From contig FLMG01004608.1 of assembly GCA_900088475.1 (NCBI GenBank), forward strand, positions 1 through 53,806: DNA of 53,806 nucleotides. Reading direction: 5' to 3'. The notes beneath the pieces were generated by a model, which worked only from the letters and a program-made list of their open reading frames with translations, did no database searches and was not told the DNA's origin. Positions 47,972 to 53,806 of this stretch are shown here, piece by piece (position 1 is the stretch's first letter; each line of letters begins with the position of its first letter). The stretch comes from Hyphochytrium catenoides (Eukaryota; Protista; Hyphochytriomycota). The translations under genes and the position numbers were made by a program.

Positions 47972-50900
47972 CTACTCCTGTTCGCGGCCGACAGGAATAA
48001 CCTGGCTAGGTTGCCAAGTACTGGCCGTGGTGACAGATCCTGCCGCGCCCTCTTCCGCTACAGGTGCTCCTCCTACCGTTACCTTGGCTCTGCTTAGCAA
48101 CTCGCTACCGACAGCCGCACTTCCCCGCGTATTGCTGCTATCTTTAGGAGTCTCTATGATGTTCATCGCCATGAGCAGTGATCTACCAAAGACGACACCC
48201 AGGACAACCGTTGTGTTCAACATCGTGAAGATAGAGATTTGTAAAAACTTGGTATTGGGCTCTGGCTGCATCAGCAGCAGGAAAATCAAGACAGACCCCA
48301 AGAAGCTGGTGTTATAGATGGCCAACCCGATCTCTTTACTCTCGTTCAGCCGGGAGTACTGACCCGAGATACCTTGGACTCTATAGCAGAGTAGACAACC
48401 CCACAGAAGCATCACGCCTTCCACCCCTACAATGACCCAAGCAGCCCAATCTTGGCTGGAAGAGCATTGCTCGTACCTCCTCCCATCTGCTGTGTAGGTC
48501 TCCACCATTTGCGGAGGATCGATTGCTGTCCAAAGCACGAGGTAAAGGAGGAAGAAGCTGAAGATTCCGCAGAAGAAGAGCATCACCTGACCGTCAGTGA
48601 TAATAATCCTTGTCAGCTTCTTGTTGTTGAAGAGCATGGCTATACGCCTCGTCTTCGCAAAGAGAGGCCCAAAGATAAGGACAAAGGAGAGATGGCCCAC
48701 CCAAGGTTGAACGATGCACACAGAGTTCGTAGGAATAGGATACATTGCCAAGGTAATCCCCAGGCCGAAGAGACCGCCAAGGCAGGTGACCAACGTGAAG
48801 CGGAAGCTTTGTCTAATGAACTTGTGCTTTCGGTATAGGGTCAGGAGAGCCGCAAGAGCTAGTGTGCAGGCCATGAGAAGAGCTGCAACAACCACAACGC
48901 CAAGTCTCATACCACCCAGGGCGAAGTCAACATTCTCTTCTCTTTCGAAGCCGCAGGTATCAAAGTGGAAGTCCCCTTCTGTCACGACGGGATAAAAGGC
49001 GCCAGAGCTATCTATCCCTGCCATCCACACCGTCTTCATGCACTGATTGCACCCGCCCCCACTGGCATCCTCAGGCTCGAAAGGACCACACCGGAGGCCC
49101 CCAAAGTTATAGCTCCCTGTGTCATAGAAGGTCTCCAGGAGGCTCTCTCCTTTCTCGGCTCCAGGTTTTGTTCTGCCCAGAGTGACAATCAGCATCTCAG
49201 CTAGCAGGAAGCCCTCAAGAGCGTAGAAGCTCGAGGCGATGCTCTCATTTAGACCTGTCATAGCTGCTTGGTACTGTGCCACTATCCGAACGGACGTGTC
49301 AGAAGGGAGCGGAACAGCGCTGGTGACAAAGACATCTTGAACAGCCTCGCTTCCTCCTTGAGCCAGAAGAGAAGACGCGAAGAGCTCCGGCCCGACGCTG
49401 GAGAGAGCGAGAAAGACCATATCAGGCCACACTTTCTTGGCTTCCAGGACAAAGCGAGATAAAGGCCTGGCCAACCCTATCACTATTATGGCTTCTGGAG
49501 CCTCGGAGGAGGCTGCTATGGACTCCAATCCAATGCCAATATCTGGCAGTGCAGCTCCATCCTCAGACCTGTCATAGCTTCCTTGGCTATGCACTTCCAA
49601 TCTCTTCCCTCCCAGCGCTAATTGTACAGCCTCCAGTCCAGCTTCACCCATCGAGCCCGTCTCATAGAACACGGAAATTCGAGTATGTCGACGTTCCGAG
49701 AAGAGAAAGTCGACTATCGCAGCCGTCTCATCCTGGAGAGATGCTCTGAGGTTAACAGCGTAGCGTACGAAGGGCTTCCTGAGGCTCATTTTTCCAGACG
49801 GAGCTCCAATGTAAGGGAATTTTGCCTTAGCTGCGACACTGAACGCGCTTTCTGCCGTCCTAGTGCCTGCAGAACCGATAAGAGCGGAGAAGGAGGCGCT
49901 CTCAATAGCCGTCCGTGCATTGACAGCTGCTAGCTCTGGGTCGTCTTTATCGTCCATGGCCACCACCTCTAGCTTAGTCCCGCGCAGTCCACCAGCGTCG
50001 TTGAGCAGCTTGAACGAGGCCCGAACGCCAGCATTAAGACTCTTACATAGTGCTGCTGCCTCTCCTGTGAGCGGACACGTCTGCGCGAAGCTGACGAAGT
50101 TCCATTTCTTAGGTTTATAGCCACAAGATTCAAACTCCACCTTGACCTGGTCCTTCAGCGCGACGTAGGTTAGATTAGGCAGGATCGTGGTTGGCATGAT
50201 ACTGCGCATGCAAGTGTTACAGCCTCCAGAGCGTTCGACAGGAAGGAAAGGGCCACAGCGAAAGCCATCAAAGTTGAAGTTCCCGGTGTCATAGATGGCG
50301 TCGAGAAAGCTCTCTCGGGTGATGTTGGAGTGGGGAATGCGAGCCAGAGCGTCAATGACCATTCTTCCGACCAGGTAGCCTTCTAGAGAGACAAAGTTGG
50401 GCATCAACGTGGGATCGTACGCCTGTAAGGCTCTTTGATATCTTGCTACGACGGGGATGGAGGTGTCTGTCGGCAGAGGAACGACCTGAGTAACGATGAC
50501 TTTGTCTAACGCTGTCTCTCCGCCAATGCGATGGAGATCAGCTGCTAGTTCATTCGAGCCAACGAAAGAGACAGTAAGGAAGATGCAGTCAGGCCACCGC
50601 TTCTTCGCCGCCACGACAAAGATGGCAAGAGGATTGTACGTTCCTATCATGATGATGGCCTCTGGATCGGCAGGCACTGAGGCGATGACAGCCAAAGCCG
50701 CCGAGGTGTCGTTGGTGTTTCTCGTATAGCGACCTTCACTATGAAGATACAGGTTATTGCTCTCTAGCGCGAGCATAACGCCTTCTTTCCCGGCCTCACC
50801 AAAGGAGTCATTTTGGATCATCAGCGCTATCCGAGAGATACTTCGTTTGTTGATGAGATACTCGACCATCGCCGCCGTCTCANNNTCTGTTTGCAAAGTA

Positions 50901-51323
50901 CCAAGCGTTCTCAACGGCTGGAACAGGCTCATAGAAGTCATCCTTGGCCTCTAAGGCTAAAAGCATGCCCCTGACGCCTCCCGTGTTGTTGACCTCTAAG
51001 AAAGCTGCCGCAATGCCAGCTCTCAGGTTGATTCCGAGGGCACGGGAAGGGCCAGAGAGGGCAGTAGACTGGCCGAACGTGATGGTCCGACTTAGATTGC
51101 AATACCCCTCGGTCGCCTCTACGACGGTCAAGAAGGAAGTAGAAGGGTAGAAGGAGGAGGAGAAGAAAGAGGAGCAAAGAAGAAGCAGAGAGATACTAAG
51201 AAGTTTTTTAGGAGCAATAGAACCACGAAGGGCGTATGAGCGTAGCAACGACGGAGGAGCAAGAAGACATAATAGCTGTCCCAGACAAGTGCTCGCCTGC
51301 GTAGCGCGCAGCAGCCGCGTCAT
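47972..51323 (-). CDS. Class C (GABA-B-like, 7tm_3) GPCR with two tandem type-1 periplasmic-binding (Venus flytrap, LivJ-like) ectodomains; interrupted by an assembly gap
   Basis: ORF 51323-50886 has a hydrophobic leader then ITFGQSTALSGPSRALG...GGVRGMLLALEAKDDFYEP. After NNN the other frame completes domain 1 and a full domain 2 (FAQTCPLTG...GGLRGTKLEVVAMDDKDDP). Seven hydrophobic helices follow, with class C hallmarks LFAKTRRIAMLF, WTAIDP and LNESKEIGLAIYN. No introns in the sequenced part. Confidence 0.9.
50883..50885. other. Assembly gap (NNN) inside the GPCR coding region
   Basis: The three Ns coincide with a frame change and with the absence of ~55 residues that are present in the second repeat of the domain. 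Confidence 0.9.
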
Positions 51324-52384
51324 CGTGCTTCTTCTCCCCGTTGCGTCTCTCCTCGTTCAAAGGTCGAGGTAGAAGGAATATGTCTGATGAGCAGCGGCTA
51401 TCTAGGAGTGTCCTGGCCGTGAGCGGGACAGCCCAGACAGATACTCAGTGAGGACTCTTGCTCTCGTCTCTTGATCTCCTCCTAAAGAATAGTTCTTCTC
51501 TCTCTTCTCCTATGCTGTTCTCGTTGACTTCTTAGCAGGAGCGAGAAGAGTGCCATGAGGGCTCCTCGACAGAAAGGAAAAGAGCTGATATTTCCTCTCT
51601 TGCTAGCTCTCTCCCTGTCTCTCTTTACTGCTCTGTCCTTCGCAGGTCTATTGGAAAGGAGAAATTAGGTCTGGGCAGACGATGAGCAGGCAGGGAAGAG
51701 CTGCTCTCTCTCTGCCTCTCTCCCTTTTTAATGTCATTGGCTGCTCCTTTCTCTCTTTCTCTCTCTTCGTTCCCAACCGTTCTTCGCACGTCTGTCTTGG
51801 CTTTCTCCTCGTGCTCTTTCTTCTTTTCTCCAGAGCTATTCGCTTTCCCCTGGCCTCCTCTTCTTCTTGCGGATCACTCTCTATTATCTTAAGAAGGGAA
51901 GGATTCTAGAAGCTCATAAGAGCAGCGAAGTGCTAGCAGCCAAGGAAGAGAGGAAGAGAAGGGATCGCACGGCATAAAAGTGCTGGAAACTGCCACGACG
52001 AGACGAAAGAACAGGTGACAGTTGCCTCACCTCTGTCTGCCTCTCTCCCTCTCTTTCGTCTTTCTCTCTCTCCTTCTTCTACTCTTTCTCTCACTCTCCT
52101 CGCGCTCCTCTTTCTCGTTCTCTCTCTTCCTCCCTCTAGCTTTTGTCTTCTTTTCCCCACTGCTGTGGGTGCCTCAACCTCGCCTGAAGAGAGCTTCATC
52201 ACTCCCCGCCTGGGCTGGGGGAGTAGAAGAGGAGAGAGACAAAGAGTGTATTTATAAAGGTAAAGCGTTATTTGCGCCTATTAGTGCTCGCATGTTTAGC
52301 TTATCGAAAGGTCAAGGTCGATGATGGTGTCCAGAGTGTCTCCTCTTTTTAGGGGCGTCCACCCTCACACCACGCATATAAAAG

Positions 52385-52406
52385 GAGAGAGAGGGGTGAG
52401 AGAGAA

Positions 52407-52456
<50 letters not shown>
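52385..52456. repeat. (GA)n microsatellite
   Basis: Visible GA run. Confidence 0.9.
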
Positions 52457-52457
<1 letters not shown>

Positions 52458-52849
52458 GTCATACCAACGAATGACCGTTTTCCCGCTCCTGCTGACTCTT
52501 CTTCTTGCCTCTTTGCTTTCTTCTCGTCAATAAAATCCGGCAGCTCGCCTTCGGCTGTACCCGTCACTGCTTGCCCTTCTACTATCTCACCCTCCATCCT
52601 GATGATCCTCTTCTCTCCTTCTCCTGCTACGAGGCCGTTGTCAGACTAACTATTGGTTGTTCCTCTTCTTTCTCTCATCACGATAGCACTTCTTATCAGC
52701 CAGCACCTCTTCTTGTCTCTTCCCCTCTCTCGTGTCTCTTTCTCTCCTTCCCCTCTCTCTCCCATCCCCTCTCTCTCTTCCTCCTCCTCGCCCTTCCAGC
52801 GCGTCTCTCTTTCTCTCCCAATCCCTCTTCTCTCTGACTTCCCAATCGT

Positions 52850-53025
52850 TCTCTCTCTCAATCTCTCTCTCTATCTGTCTCTCTCTGTCCCAATCTCTCT
52901 CTGTCTCTCTGTCTCTCTGTATCTCTCTGTCTCTCTGTCTCTCTGTCTCTCTCTGTCTCTCTGTCTCTCTCTCTGTCTCTCTGTCTCTCTGTCTCTCTGT
53001 CTCTCTGTCTCTCTCTGTCTCTCGG

Positions 53026-53056
<31 letters not shown>

Positions 53057-53057
53057 G
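52850..53057. repeat. (CT)nGT compound microsatellite
   Basis: About 200 bp of CTCTGT/CTCTCTGT units. Confidence 0.92.
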
Positions 53058-53167
53058 TAGCCCACCCTTACTGTCCGTTACAAATCATTCTCAAACACAA
53101 AAGCCTTGAAACTTCCAACTTCCCCTCCACTTTTTTCCTCCCTCCTCCTCCCTCCTCGTCCAACCTA

Positions 53168-53660
53168 TCAGAGAGAGAAGAGAGAGAAAAGAAAGGGAGA
53201 GAGAGAGAGAGAGAGAGAGAGAGCAAATAGAAAAGGGAGAGAGAGGGGGAGGAGGGAAAAAGGAAGAGCCAAGTTGTTGCTGTATGACGGGGCAGACGAT
53301 AGAGGATCCAAGAAGCAAACCGATGAGGCAGCAGCTAGCAGCGGCGTTGTTTGTCGTGACAGAAGAAGAGGTTTAGAAGAAGGAAGGCAAGGACGGATAG
53401 GAAAGGGGGATTGGAAAAGTGGCGGAGAGAGAGAGAGAGAAGAGAGGAGAAATGGGGAGAAAGAGAAGAGAAAAAGGATGAGAAGAAGAAAAGAGAAAGA
53501 AGAAACAAACAACGCGACAAGAGAAGGGAGACAGAGGGAAGTGGTCGTAAGAAGGAAAAAAGCAAACGTAGGAGATGATAGAAGAGATTGTGGTGTGGTC
53601 CCAGAACAGGAGAAGATGGAGCGAGCAAGAAGAGAGAGGAAGCAACGACAGACGGCTAGA
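53168..53660. repeat. Purine-rich (GA/GAA) low-complexity tract
   Basis: Visible GA runs; the overlapping R/E/K-rich ORF is a compositional artefact. Confidence 0.75.
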
Positions 53661-53806
53661 CTCGTGCGTGATGCCGCTCACTTATCAGGAAGACGACGAC
53701 GATAGGACCAGAAAAGTAGAGCAAACAAGTGTGGAGGAGGATACGACAAAGCAAGGCGGCAAGGCGAAAGAAGAAGAATGGAACTACTATAATGGCAGTT
53801 GCTCCT

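Noticed and set aside
48027-50954. Multiple plus-strand ORFs over the GPCR
   Set aside because: Antisense shadows of the minus-strand coding sequence.

Overview
Eukaryotic, probably protist, genomic window with the standard genetic code. Most genes have many short GT-AG introns (about 50-500 bp), and CT/GA microsatellites are common, so most ORFs in the supplied track are spurious or are single exons. Splicing by eye gives, left to right: a partial minus-strand unknown gene; TFIIIC subunit Tau95/GTF3C5 (+); an intronless, bacterial-like SAM methyltransferase; a ~720-bp imperfect fold-back inverted repeat; an intronless unknown membrane protein; an intronless histidine phosphatase; ARP3 (-, 9 exons); a Cys-rich membrane-anchored unknown; a multi-exon clan GH-D-like glycoside hydrolase with one frameshift; a large IQ+ankyrin gene (-) head-to-head with an apparently paralogous multi-IQ gene (+); a bZIP transcription factor (-); a small unknown gene (-); and an intronless class C-type GPCR with two tandem bacterial-type periplasmic-binding domains, interrupted by an assembly gap. 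The most interesting observations are the double-flytrap GPCR, the divergent IQ paralog pair, the fold-back element, two horizontal-transfer candidates, and a GAAGCTT-core motif shared by three ~0.5-kb bidirectional promoters. No tRNA, rRNA, CRISPR array or intact transposon was recognised. All family assignments come from motif recognition, not database searches.
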